DNA of 64,000 bases from a virus. Location: positions 1 to 64,000 of IMG/VR virus record IMGVR_UViG_3300014613_000018; one strand, given 5' to 3'. Below are positions 28,580 through 38,117 of the stretch, in pieces. The notes under the pieces were generated by a model. It saw only the letters and a program-made list of their open reading frames with translations. It was not told where the DNA came from and searched no databases. The stretch's first letter is position 1, and each line of letters opens with the position of its first letter. The position numbers and the translations under genes are program-made.

Positions 28580-28754
28580 TCAACAATTTTAATCTTTTAC
28601 AAGGGAATTTAATAAAGACAGACTCTTATACATACAATTTTCACAAGATTTTTGCTCCGTAGGTGTTTTTCACAACACCATATCTTATTGCTACTCTAAC
28701 AACTTAGACTTTTCAATTTACCTCCGTTTGTGTTTTTGGCTAAATGTTCGGCCA

Positions 28755-28796
28755 AACACCAAAAAAGTTGGTAATAACACCAAAAAAGTTGGTAAT
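28755..28796. repeat. Perfect 2 x 21-bp tandem repeat AACACCAAAAAAGTTGGTAAT
   Basis: Direct reading. Confidence 0.95.
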
Positions 28797-28917
28797 TAAA
28801 TTGGTGAATTAACCTAATTTCATTTTAGCACCGTACGCTTTTCTTGAATTATTTGTATATTGTAGTGTGTCTCAAGTTTAACGAGATTTTAACATTGAAA
28901 TTGAAAGGGGAAATTGT

Positions 28918-30186
28918 TTGGAACAAAAACCAATGACAGTACGAGAATGGCTGCTTGATAATTGGCAGTCATTTGATAATCGACCTGAGTGCATTAATGC
29001 TGGACATAAGGCTCTTCGTAAAAGTGTAAGAACAGTTAGAAAAGTAGTGAAGCAACTTGAGGATTCTAATTTAGTTAATTGGGGTAGAGAAAAAGGGGAT
29101 ATTCAAGAAAAGAAAGATTTTCAAATTTCTCCAGATAATAAATTAGCACACTTGAGTCTTGTATCTAAAGTACCTCATACTGTAAAAGATTTAATGGATA
29201 TTGCAGAATTGCCTCCTGAAAAATGGGAAATTGCCAGACAACGAGCTAACTTCTGGGGTAATGCTGTAAACCCAAACTGGCAGATTAGAGCTGAGTTTGT
29301 TAGAAAAGTTTCCGAAGGTTGCGAAGAATTTCTAAATCAAGTTAAAGAATCTATGAAAGAATTTATACCTAAGTATCCCAAATTAACTTATATTGAGAAT
29401 GATGATATAAATTATTTACTTGACATAAGTTTAAGTGATGCTCATATAGGTCTTATTGCTAAAGATTACAATGTTAAAATTGCAATTGAAAGGTACTTAG
29501 ATTCTGCTGCTAAGATTATTAATTGGTATAAAAATTATCCTATCAATCAAATTGTATTTACTGTAGGTAATGATATTTTTAATGCTAATGATTCACAAGG
29601 GCAGACAGCTAAAGGTAATAAGAGAGATGAGAGTCCATTATGGAGAGATACTTTTAAGCTAGTGTTTGAAGCTGTAGTACATAACATTGACTTGTGTCAG
29701 ACTATAGCCCCTGTTCACATTAAAATAGTAGGTGGAAACCATGATTATGATAGAGCATTTCATTTAGGATTTGCTTTAGAAATGTGGTATAGGGATTGTC
29801 CACAAGTTACTATTGATAATTCAGATAGTAATTACAAGTTTTATAGATGGAACAAGATATTACTAGGCTATAATCATGGTGATTCAAGACCTATGAAAGA
29901 ATTGCCAATGATAATGGCTACACAAAGTAATCCTCAAGATTGGGCTGAGACTGTTTTTAGAATATGGAATACTGGGCACGACCATCATGGAAAAGAACAT
30001 CATTTTTTAAGTAGACCTATTACTACAGGGGATGATATTCATGGCATAATCATAAAAACTGCACCGGGGCTTTGTGGTCACAGTACTTGGGAGTCTTGGA
30101 AAGGTTACAAGAGTTTAAAGTCGGCAATAGGAACACTATATCATCCTACAGAGGGTGAAATATCTAATTATAAATTTAATATATAG
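28918..30186 (+). CDS. Calcineurin-like metallophosphoesterase
   Basis: SDAH, GND, GNHD, HGD, GHDHH motifs in order. Confidence 0.85.
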   Translation: MEQKPMTVREWLLDNWQSFDNRPECINAGHKALRKSVRTVRKVVKQLEDSNLVNWGREKGDIQEKKDFQISPDNKLAHLSLVSKVPHTVKDLMDIAELPPEKWEIARQRANFWGNAVNPNWQIRAEFVRKVSEGCEEFLNQVKESMKEFIPKYPKLTYIENDDINYLLDISLSDAHIGLIAKDYNVKIAIERYLDSAAKIINWYKNYPINQIVFTVGNDIFNANDSQGQTAKGNKRDESPLWRDTFKLVFEAVVHNIDLCQTIAPVHIKIVGGNHDYDRAFHLGFALEMWYRDCPQVTIDNSDSNYKFYRWNKILLGYNHGDSRPMKELPMIMATQSNPQDWAETVFRIWNTGHDHHGKEHHFLSRPITTGDDIHGIIIKTAPGLCGHSTWESWKGYKSLKSAIGTLYHPTEGEISNYKFNI

Positions 30187-30201
30187 AAAGGCAACTAGAA
30201 A

Positions 30202-30654
30202 ATGAAAATACTTACAACATTTTTTGATGAAGATGTTACTACTACTGTAATAGATCGTAATTCTCAAAGAAATCAAAGTAGACCTAGAATTAGAAGAAAA
30301 GTTGTAGTAATGGCTCAAGTAGATTCAGGTACTAAATTTGAAGATAGAGAAAATATAAATCAGACTGTAGGATTCTATACAGAGATGACATTGTATAGAA
30401 GTAAATCTAAGTACTACTTACAAGTATCTGGAGTGAGTACGGATTCACTACACTTTCCTAGAAGGAATAAAGTAATAGAATTTGAAGAGCCAAATGAGTT
30501 GTTTGATATGATGGGAAAAGAAAATAGTCAGATTTATTGGAGTCCTTTAGTAGAAGAGCTTATTGACATTACTATTGCTAGTCCTTATATTACAGACTTT
30601 GAGAAAAACAGGTGGGAACTTTCAATGGTGGATGGAGTGGAAGATGATAACTGA
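30202..30654 (+). CDS. Hypothetical protein
   Basis: ORF with GAAAGG RBS. Confidence 0.65.
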   Translation: MKILTTFFDEDVTTTVIDRNSQRNQSRPRIRRKVVVMAQVDSGTKFEDRENINQTVGFYTEMTLYRSKSKYYLQVSGVSTDSLHFPRRNKVIEFEEPNELFDMMGKENSQIYWSPLVEELIDITIASPYITDFEKNRWELSMVDGVEDDN

Positions 30655-30865
30655 TTGTTGTTGTTCACAAGTTTATGGCCCTTCTAGGCATAAAGAAATT
30701 GTAATCTGTAAGAATTGTGGTAGGAAACACACTTTTTATTATAATGGTTATGGTGATATTGAAACTCATGTAGATAATTGCTTAGTTTGTGTAATGGCTG
30801 AAGCCAAAGATAAATTAGAGCAATTAACTTTTGTACAAAAATTAAAGAATAAAATTAATGAGTAG
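30644..30865 (+). CDS. Small Cys-rich protein
   Basis: CxxC pairs; ATG at 30644 preferred. Confidence 0.5.
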   Translation: MITDCCCSQVYGPSRHKEIVICKNCGRKHTFYYNGYGDIETHVDNCLVCVMAEAKDKLEQLTFVQKLKNKINE

Positions 30866-30866
30866 A

Positions 30867-30942
30867 GCTAGGGTAACTCAATTGGTAGAGTAACTGATTT
30901 GTAATCAGTAAGTTGAGAGTTCAAACCTCTCCCTTAGCTCCA
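30867..30942 (+). tRNA. trnT: tRNA-Thr(UGU)
   Basis: GCTAGGG/CCTTAGC acceptor; ACTGA-TTTGTAA-TCAGT anticodon arm; TTCAA loop; CCA. Confidence 0.95.
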
Positions 30943-30946
30943 CTAC

Positions 30947-30974
30947 TTGACATTAGAATTATATTGTGTATATT
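30947..30974 (+). promoter_or_regulatory. sigma70-type promoter within tRNA cluster
   Basis: TTGACA-N16-TATATT. Confidence 0.7.
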
Positions 30975-31007
30975 AGATTTGTCAGTAAGACAGAGATATT
31001 TGACAAA

Positions 31008-31083
31008 GGCTCAGTAGCTAAATTGGTTTAGCAACAGACTGTTAATCTGTAGGATATAGGTTCAAGTCCTATCTGAGTCGCCA
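31008..31083 (+). tRNA. trnN: tRNA-Asn(GUU)
   Basis: GGCTCAG/CTGAGTC; ACAGA-CTGTTAA-TCTGT; CCA. Confidence 0.95.
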
Positions 31084-31100
31084 ATATTAATGTAATTTGT

Positions 31101-31176
31101 TGGGATGTAACTCAGTTGGTAGAGTACAAAACTTTTAATTTTGGAGTCAAGGGTTCAATCCCCTTCATCCCAACCA
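31101..31176 (+). tRNA. trnK: tRNA-Lys(UUU)
   Basis: TGGGATG/CATCCCA; CAAAA-CTTTTAA-TTTTG; CCA. Confidence 0.95.
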
Positions 31177-31184
31177 GTAATTGT

Positions 31185-31258
31185 AGCGGGTTTGAGAAGT
31201 GGTATCTCATAGGTCTCATAAGCCTATTTTGGAAGTTCGATTCTTCCACCCGCTACCA
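31185..31258 (+). tRNA. trnM: tRNA-Met(CAU), initiator-like
   Basis: AGCGGGT/ACCCGCT; A11:U24 D-stem; TAGGT-CTCATAA-GCCTA; CCA. Confidence 0.88.
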
Positions 31259-31289
31259 CATTTAACACTTGCTTTGAAAGGAAACTAAA

Positions 31290-31580
31290 ATGAAAAGAAC
31301 AGAATACTTTGAATGTCAGTGTCACAGTCTACAGCATGTTCTCAGAGTTAACATTTGGGATTGGGGTAAACATGACAGATTTAGATACAATTTAGTTTTT
31401 GACTACTCCTTATTAAATCATAAAAATTTCTGTAAAAGAGTTGTTTTAGGTTTGAAGTACATCTTCTGCTATAATAAGACTTTCAATGCTTGGGGAGAAA
31501 CAATTATTAGAGATGAAGATATTCCTAGACTGAAAGCTATCATTGCTGAATATGAGGGGTTGACATCTGAAAATAAATAG
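31290..31580 (+). CDS. Hypothetical phage protein
   Basis: TGAAAGGAAACTAAAATG leader; FECQC.S..H motif. Confidence 0.7.
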   Translation: MKRTEYFECQCHSLQHVLRVNIWDWGKHDRFRYNLVFDYSLLNHKNFCKRVVLGLKYIFCYNKTFNAWGETIIRDEDIPRLKAIIAEYEGLTSENK

Positions 31581-31633
31581 GTTAGATTAGGATTGCTAAC
31601 AGAAATGAAACTTAAACTTGAAAGGAAATTGAA

Positions 31634-32050
31634 ATGAATGAAGGCTATCGTACTCACAGAATTAGAACAGATAACTATACTATTACTACAGTCTACAACA
31701 ACACTATAGGAGGATACCTAGTAGGTCTGTCGTTTTGTTCTAATCTTGACCAACCTAATCATTACAAAGGTAAGCTGATTGCTACAGGTAGACTACACAA
31801 GGTTCCTATATTCTTTGAGCCTATTAGAGAGGATGTAGGAGAGCATCATTTTATTGAAGGCTCAGTTATAACTTACCTTGACAAGTTCTATTCTGATTAC
31901 AACCTTGCAACTAAGCCTATGAAAATTGCTCTTGAAAATAAGCATAGAATACCACGCTGGATTGGTAATTTTCTACAGGAGTACTACAATAAGGTTAACT
32001 TGAAGTATTGGAATGATGTAGTAATCAATAAGGGAGTTATAAATGAGTAA
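31634..32050 (+). CDS. Hypothetical phage protein
   Basis: TGAAAGGAAATTGAAATG leader; SFCS..DQ....GK.IA..R motif. Confidence 0.7.
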   Translation: MNEGYRTHRIRTDNYTITTVYNNTIGGYLVGLSFCSNLDQPNHYKGKLIATGRLHKVPIFFEPIREDVGEHHFIEGSVITYLDKFYSDYNLATKPMKIALENKHRIPRWIGNFLQEYYNKVNLKYWNDVVINKGVINE

Positions 32051-32429
32051 GATAGTTAAAAGTATACTAATGAGTCAAGCACCTGAAAGACCTAACTGGT
32101 TTGAAGGTCACAATATTCCAAGTGCACCTGTAATGCCTAGTAGGAAAATTGAAAGGTACTCTGATTTGAATGATGTTACAATTCTTCTAAATAGCTGGTT
32201 AGGAGACCCTCATTGGGATTTGGATAACACTTATGATACTTCAGATCAGTATCCTAAAGGTGTAGATGTATATACTTTTGAAGATGAGTTAAATAAGTTT
32301 GCTCAGACTTGGGAAGTATACTGGAAAGCACACTACGAATGGAAGAAAACTGTAGAATTTAAGCTGGATATTCAGTGGCGAGTTTATTGGGCAAATTTAG
32401 CATTGGAGGAATTGAATGAGCAAGAATGA
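32043..32429 (+). CDS. Hypothetical protein
   Basis: Overlap-coupled ORF with GGAG RBS. Confidence 0.65.
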   Translation: MSKIVKSILMSQAPERPNWFEGHNIPSAPVMPSRKIERYSDLNDVTILLNSWLGDPHWDLDNTYDTSDQYPKGVDVYTFEDELNKFAQTWEVYWKAHYEWKKTVEFKLDIQWRVYWANLALEELNEQE

Positions 32430-32748
32430 TAATGACACACACCAATATTTAGTTATTAATAGTGGTGAATGGTGGACTTGTGAGGAAGTATTTGATGCTG
32501 ATTTGTATGACATGGTAATTCCATTGAGTAATATTTCAAGGTCTGCCAACGGTGCAAGAGTCGGGGAGTTGGAGGAAGATGCCAAGAGAATGCGCTGGAT
32601 GCTTTCTGGCAATGGCTACTTCATGGAAGAACAGGGACTATGTGGGCATGGGCCATGTGGTGAAGAAGAGCAGAACAAGGCAAGGGCAGAGATAGACACG
32701 GCCATGAGATACCTCACCCCTCCAGCCACGGGAACGGAGGAGAAATGA
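32416..32748 (+). CDS. Chimeric hypothetical protein (AT-rich 5' half, GC-rich 3' half)
   Basis: Composition shift near RVGELEE; ends LTPPATGTEEK. Confidence 0.6.
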   Translation: MSKNDNDTHQYLVINSGEWWTCEEVFDADLYDMVIPLSNISRSANGARVGELEEDAKRMRWMLSGNGYFMEEQGLCGHGPCGEEEQNKARAEIDTAMRYLTPPATGTEEK

Positions 32749-32915
32749 AATGTCCATTGTGCCTCAAAGAGATTGAACTGAAACCAAGAACAGTAGAAGA
32801 CTTGTGCTGGATGGCAGAAAAAGCACAAGCAAGAGGACATGACGAGCTTGCCGAGCGCATCTGGCAAATAGCTGAAGAGATGGAACGGCAGGAAGCGGAG
32901 GCCAGCCATGAGTAA
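32745..32915 (+). CDS. 56-aa protein MKCPLC...EAEASHE (not in ORF track)
   Basis: ATGA overlap, GGAGG RBS; C-terminus shared with 57557..57784. Confidence 0.65.
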   Translation: MKCPLCLKEIELKPRTVEDLCWMAEKAQARGHDELAERIWQIAEEMERQEAEASHE

Positions 32916-33132
32916 GACCGTGGAGCAGATGGCGAGGGAGTTGGCTGAAAAGAAACCGTGTCTGCTTTACTCTTTCGGTGTTACTATAAGTGGTAGTCTA
33001 TTATGTGCCCCTGATCCGTATGCGCTGGAAGGCTGTACTGAGTGTTGGTTGACGAATCTCACTCCTGCCGAAATCACCGCCAAGTACGAAACTCTGATGA
33101 CTGAGAAGGAACAAAATAGGAAGGATTCTTAA
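32908..33132 (+). CDS. Small Cys-containing protein, paralog of 57340..57564
   Basis: MSKTVEQMARELAE...PAEITAKYE. Confidence 0.7.
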   Translation: MSKTVEQMARELAEKKPCLLYSFGVTISGSLLCAPDPYALEGCTECWLTNLTPAEITAKYETLMTEKEQNRKDS

Positions 33133-33529
33133 CATTTTACTAAAACTATTTAATTTACTACTTACTACTATTTCATTACACCCCTTACACTCATATAACA
33201 TTAACCCTCAAGAGGTAGTTGTAAGTTACTATGAGACAGGAAGTATTACTGCAACAGGTGAAATTTACAATCCTGATTTACTTACTTTTGCTTCACCTAG
33301 TTTACCTTTTGGTACTAAACTAATTGTTAGAAATGGTAAGATTGAAGTTAAATTAAGGGTAAATGACAGAGGCCCTTTTGCAGTAGACAGTACAGGTAAA
33401 GCAATCTACCCATTACAACCTCATCCAGTTAGGAAGTTAGATTTAAGTAGAGGTGCATATTTAGCATTGTTTGGTGAATTAGATAGTGGTGTAAATGTAC
33501 TTGAAATAGTAGAAGTGGAGTTTCCTTAA
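33125..33529 (+). CDS. rlpA: RlpA-like (double-psi beta-barrel) lytic transglycosylase, non-canonical or lost start (not in ORF track)
   Basis: Manual translation: SYY..TATGEIY.PDLLTFA..LPFGTKLIVRN..RVNDRGPF..RKLDLSRGA; hydrophobic N-terminus; no ATG/GTG/TTG before the domain. Confidence 0.85.
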   Translation: MLNILLKLFNLLLTTISLHPLHSYNINPQEVVVSYYETGSITATGEIYNPDLLTFASPSLPFGTKLIVRNGKIEVKLRVNDRGPFAVDSTGKAIYPLQPHPVRKLDLSRGAYLALFGELDSGVNVLEIVEVEFP

Positions 33530-33538
33530 AGGAGTAAT

Positions 33539-33901
33539 ATGAAACTTATAGGTGAAGATACACAGGAATTTCTTAATGAGCACTCTAAAGTAAATGAATA
33601 CTTGAATGTGCTTGAAGCTGATTTTTCAGCAATAGGAATAAATGATAATTATGTTGTACTAACTAATATTGGAGTAGAAGATGAAAATATACCTTGTGTA
33701 TGCTTCTATTTTACTTCAAGTGGTAAGCAAATTACACTTCAACAGGGTTCAGATATACTGGCAGATCATAGTGAAATGTTAGTAGACCTAGATGTACTTA
33801 TTCATTTTGCCTATGTAAGCAAGGAAGAAATTGACTCCTTAATTGCCAACGATAATAGAGATAACAGAGCAGAAATGTTCTTGAATACTGTGAGCAGCTA
33901 A
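33539..33901 (+). CDS. Hypothetical acidic protein
   Basis: AGGAG RBS. Confidence 0.65.
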   Translation: MKLIGEDTQEFLNEHSKVNEYLNVLEADFSAIGINDNYVVLTNIGVEDENIPCVCFYFTSSGKQITLQQGSDILADHSEMLVDLDVLIHFAYVSKEEIDSLIANDNRDNRAEMFLNTVSS

Positions 33902-33902
33902 A

Positions 33903-34100
33903 TTGCCACACTATGATTTCAAATGCTTAGTATGTGGCAATGTACAAGAAGTAAAATTACCTATTACAAGTGAGGTACAAGAAATGCCATGCGAAGTGTG
34001 TGGATGTTTAGCTAAAAGACAAATTGGTAAAGGTGGATACCTAGAGTTTAAGGGTGAAGGTTGGTATGAAACGGATTATAAAAAGAAAGGTAAGAAATGA
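33903..34100 (+). CDS. FmdB-family zinc-ribbon protein
   Basis: PHYDFKCLVCG...CEVCG...FKGEGWYETDYK. Confidence 0.85.
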   Translation: MPHYDFKCLVCGNVQEVKLPITSEVQEMPCEVCGCLAKRQIGKGGYLEFKGEGWYETDYKKKGKK

Positions 34101-34357
34101 AAATATTTAAGGAAACTTTAGCAGTAAAAGATGAGCAGAGTCTCGCTCTCTATGCAGATGCAGAAATTTTAACTGTACAAGTACAAAAAGGTGTTCCTCG
34201 CATTTGGTACACAACTAATCAAGTAAGAGGGCTTAAAAGTGTATCAATTTATACTCATGGTACTGGACATGAAATAAATCCTAATGCTGGAAGATATATT
34301 GGAACCTATCAATCACATGATGGAGGATTAGTATTTCATGTGTTTGAAGGTAAATGA
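34097..34357 (+). CDS. Conserved phage hypothetical protein
   Basis: ILTVQVQ...GTGH...YIGT.Q...LVFHVFE pattern. Confidence 0.7.
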   Translation: MKIFKETLAVKDEQSLALYADAEILTVQVQKGVPRIWYTTNQVRGLKSVSIYTHGTGHEINPNAGRYIGTYQSHDGGLVFHVFEGK

Positions 34358-34587
34358 TGCCGGATTACAGTGGTTGTTTGAATAAAGGTTGTATTTACAA
34401 ATACAACTGCTCAAGGTATATGATGGTTGTGAATAATCCTGAATGGCAGACTTATTGTCATTTTGAAAAAGGTAAAGATGGAATCTGTGAAGGTTGGTGG
34501 CCTGTTAAAGATGCTCCATTTAAGTGCCACACACAGGAAGAGATGGAAGAGTTTGAAGCTACTACAGCACAATTTAAGAGACCTTGA
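34354..34587 (+). CDS. Small Cys-rich phage protein
   Basis: MPD..C...C.....C.RY...WQ.Y..F. Confidence 0.65.
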   Translation: MMPDYSGCLNKGCIYKYNCSRYMMVVNNPEWQTYCHFEKGKDGICEGWWPVKDAPFKCHTQEEMEEFEATTAQFKRP

Positions 34588-34649
34588 CAAATGTGAGTTA
34601 GGTGTTATATTACTTTTGTTGTAACTCTAACTGAAAGGAAATTGAAATG
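34584..34649 (+). promoter_or_regulatory. sigma70 promoter plus conserved leader
   Basis: TTGACA-N16-TATATT then AACTCTAACTGAAAGGAAATTGAAATG. Confidence 0.75.
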
Positions 34650-35221
34650 ACTTGGAAAGAAATAAGAAAAAGTTATTTAAGAGGGGCTACGGAGGCTCAA
34701 GATGTACTTACTTCTCCTAGCAACTGGACTGATTTGATGTATTATATTCATTGCTCTAGGCTTATTCTTGGTTTTGTGTTGGGGTTCTTGGCTGCTTTTT
34801 TTCTTTTTGTGATGTAAGGAAACTAAAATGAAAAATCTACTTAGCCGTTGGAACCCTATAAGCCTACTATTCTTCGGGATTGCAGGAATATTCATGTTAA
34901 TGGGATTACTTAATGGATTTGAGTATAAGGCACTTAATCTAATTGTAGTAATAGGCAGTGTAGTAAATGCACTTCTTATTCAGTACCAGAAGGAGCATAA
35001 CATTGATTAGAACAATACTGCAATGGGCATTACCAATCAGTGTATTTCTGTTTGGTATTCCTAAAGTTTACAGATGGAATGCAGCACAGGATGGACACCA
35101 AATTTCTTATTGGAAGAGTTGTAAATGTGTGTGGATAGGAATAGTTCAAGTCGCCTTTGTACTGGCTCTTGTTTACCTGTTTGGTACGGGTGTTTGGGCC
35201 TTCTTTAGTTGGCTATATTAA
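34647..35221 (+). CDS. Three consecutive small membrane proteins (34647..34817, 34828..35010, about 35003..35221)
   Basis: Hydrophobic helices; first ORF found manually behind the conserved leader. Confidence 0.55.
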
Positions 35222-35514
35222 TGCTTCACAATATTAAACAAGAAGCTAAGTGTGCATTTTCAAGTGATACTTATGTGTGGTATTACAAGTGTAGAGAGAA
35301 TGGCTGTAAACACTTGAAAGTTAGAAGGTGAGATTGGAAGCCTATTGATAATTGGAATGATTTACAGCAAATTAAAAACTTTACATTTGGTAAGGAAGCA
35401 GTGGCAATAGAAGTATATCCTAGAGAATCTAAATTAGTAAATGAAGTAAACATGAGGCACTTGTTTATACTGACACAAGAACAAATAGTAGGCTTGAAAT
35501 CGAAAGGACTGTAA
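35221..35514 (+). pseudogene. Conserved phage gene interrupted by in-frame TGA at 35329-35331
   Basis: HLKVRR*DWKPIDNWNDLQQIKN...AIEVYPRESKLVNEVNMRHLF continues in the same frame. Confidence 0.7.
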
Positions 35515-37077
35515 GTGAAAACAATAGAAGTACCATACTACATTGACAATCTTGATCTAAAGAAGGATAAGGCTGTGATAATGACAGATTTATGTAAAGT
35601 ACTTCGAGATGGTGGTATTCCTTGTTATTACAGTACTAAAGTAAATGATATAATTGTACAGTCAGGTAAATTAGCATACACTAAAACTGAAACAGGTTTT
35701 AACTTCATTTGGGAGAGTGAATAATGAAAGAGAAAATAATTAGAGTGTTAATGTACATCTTTACTCCTAAAAAGTATGGCATGAAGTATCATCCTTGTAT
35801 AAAGTGTAAGTGGTGTGAGTTAGATAAGAATGTGTCTCCTTATTATTTTGAGTCTCTACCTCCAGAAAGTAAAATATACTTTTATTATTGTCAAGTTCCT
35901 TTGAAACAAGTGAGAAAAGATATGCTAACAGGTTGTACACTAAAATACAATAAACCTGTAAATGAATCTATTTGTACATTTAGGATTGCTACCAATAGCG
36001 AGGATTGTGGCTATAGAGGTAAGTACTGGGAAGCTAAGAGTGCGGAATGAAATGAATGAGTTAGAAGAACCTGTGGTTGATGATACTCCACAAGATGTAG
36101 AATATTGGAAGAATGCTTTTGCCATGAAAACACAACTGCTGTATAAGGCTAGGTGCGAAAAGATAGATTACTTAATTATGTATTATAGGTTAAGAGATAG
36201 TGTTGAAGGTTTGAAATGTTCATTCTGGAGAAGGTTGAAGTTTCTGTTTACTGGTAAGATAGAAATAGAGGATTAAAAATGCCTAAATCAATGCCTCAAC
36301 CTAATTTTGAATCTTCACAGGAATATTTTAAGGAATACTGTACAGATCAGATTGAAAAGATTACTAATGAAATGGTTAGACTTGACAAACGATTGAAAAA
36401 GTTGAATATTGCAGGTAACTTGTATAAAGAGCGATTTGGAGAGAAGCTTATATTGGAGGAATCTTAGTGGAAAATTGTATAGATAAGTTACTGGAAGTGA
36501 TTAAAGTAAGAGAGAATCACACTGTAGGTAAATATCAAACTCCAGATGAATCTATTCTGAGGTATATGGATAAGCTTGAGAAACGGTATGATAAAGCAAT
36601 GGATGCCATTGTGGATGCTTCTGTTGTTGCTGAAAATGGAAGTATAGCTCCTGCAAAGCTTCAATATGCTTATTTAACTAAAATAATGGCAATTCTTGAT
36701 TATCAGAAGTGTCAAGATATTTCATTTGTTAATAATTTATCTGATTTGGAGGACTAATGTTATGTTTTAGATGTGAACATAGAGCTAAATACTTAGAAGC
36801 AACTTCAAGAGGTGACAAGTATGCACCTAGACCTAGAAGTGAATGTGGTGACATTAATAGTAGTAAAATAGGCTGTTATATGTTTGAACCTTGTCATCCT
36901 GTTGTAACTGAACCTCCTAAAGGTGCTCCAGCAGTATTAAGGTTTCAAGCACCAATGTTAGCATCAAGAGAATATGCTGTAAAAGTATTAGAACGAGAAG
37001 ATAACATTAAACTTGAAGTAATCTATGAAAATGGTAAACAAGTAGCATTAGGATGGAAGGTTAAAAATGAGTCCTGA
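35515..37077 (+). CDS. Run of coupled hypothetical ORFs (35515..35724, 35724..36050, 36052..36276, 36279..36467, 36467..36757, 36757..37077)
   Basis: Stop/start overlaps and RBSs; two are Cys-rich. Confidence 0.6.
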
Positions 37078-37480
37078 ATTAGAGTATAAACTATTCCATA
37101 AGTATCCTACAATATTTAGACAGCGAAAATTGCCAATGACACAATCTGCAATGTGTTTCGGATTTGAGTGTCAAAATGGATGGTACAACATTCTGGATAA
37201 TCTTTGTCAGCATATTCAGGATTATGTTAATGAGAATAATTGTGGCCCTGTAGAAGCTGTACAAATAAAAGAAAAATTCGGTGGGCTGAGATTTTATATT
37301 ACAGGTGGTGATGATGCTATTGATATGTTTATTCAAATGGCAGAAGAGGAAAGTTATCATACTTGTGAATATTGTGGTACTAAAGAGAATGTTGGTATGA
37401 CACGAGGCTGGAATGTAACTTGTTGTGCAGATTGTCATAAAAAGTTTAGATCAGAATTAACATGGAGTAAAAATGAATAA
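37067..37480 (+). CDS. Conserved phage protein with QIKEKFGGLRFY motif
   Basis: FEC..GW, QIKEKFGGLRFY, CEYCG, GW...C..C. Confidence 0.8.
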   Translation: MSPELEYKLFHKYPTIFRQRKLPMTQSAMCFGFECQNGWYNILDNLCQHIQDYVNENNCGPVEAVQIKEKFGGLRFYITGGDDAIDMFIQMAEEESYHTCEYCGTKENVGMTRGWNVTCCADCHKKFRSELTWSKNE

Positions 37481-38099
37481 AACGGATTTAGTTTGTTTGG
37501 ATACATTCAATACTTATAAACCTGTTCCTAATGACATCCTTCATCTTCCAGAGAAGCTATTAGATTATGGTATTAAATGGAAAGGTAAAAGACTATATGG
37601 TGAAGGTGCTGTTAATTGTAATCATGTGCGTATTTATGTAGGAGTGTTTGATGGCATTCATGTTGGGTTTGAATGGACACATCCTAGAGCCAGATTCATT
37701 ACTATTGAAGACTGGATGATGGATTCTGATTATGCTAAGATTTATAGATACAAAGACCTTATGAAAAAAGATTTTAGTAGGCAAGTAGCTAATTATTTAA
37801 GTGTTTATGAAAATTCAAAGTATGATTATTTACAGCTTCTAGGCATAGCTTTAGGTATTAAGTGGTTACAAATGAGTGATTACCGTAAAGTGTGTGCTCA
37901 AGGTGTACTAGATACTCAAGAATATGTATTAAGAAGAGTACATGATACAGAACCATTATTTCCTGAGTCTGCAAATTGGGCAACCTTACCTTGTGCTTGG
38001 ATGAATCATACAGAGAAATTTAGCCTAATGAATGGTGGAAGTAATTCAACATTACTGAAACCAGAATTAAAAACATTTAATGCTAACTGGTTAATATGA
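37473..38099 (+). CDS. Permuted papain-like NlpC/P60 (YiiX/YebB-type) hydrolase
   Basis: NHVRIYVG precedes KYD and VCAQ (His before Cys). Confidence 0.6.
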   Translation: MNKTDLVCLDTFNTYKPVPNDILHLPEKLLDYGIKWKGKRLYGEGAVNCNHVRIYVGVFDGIHVGFEWTHPRARFITIEDWMMDSDYAKIYRYKDLMKKDFSRQVANYLSVYENSKYDYLQLLGIALGIKWLQMSDYRKVCAQGVLDTQEYVLRRVHDTEPLFPESANWATLPCAWMNHTEKFSLMNGGSNSTLLKPELKTFNANWLI

Positions 38100-38117
38100 A
38101 CCTTACAAAGGAGTCTA

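Noticed and set aside
30977-31007. Fifth tRNA or ncRNA between tRNA-Thr and tRNA-Asn
   Set aside because: Only a short TTTGTCA/TGACAAA stem in a transcript leader; no cloverleaf.
35329-35331. Genome-wide TGA recoding or selenoprotein
   Set aside because: TGA ends many genes (ATGA overlaps); no suppressor or Sec tRNA among the four tRNAs; context does not suggest a Cys position.
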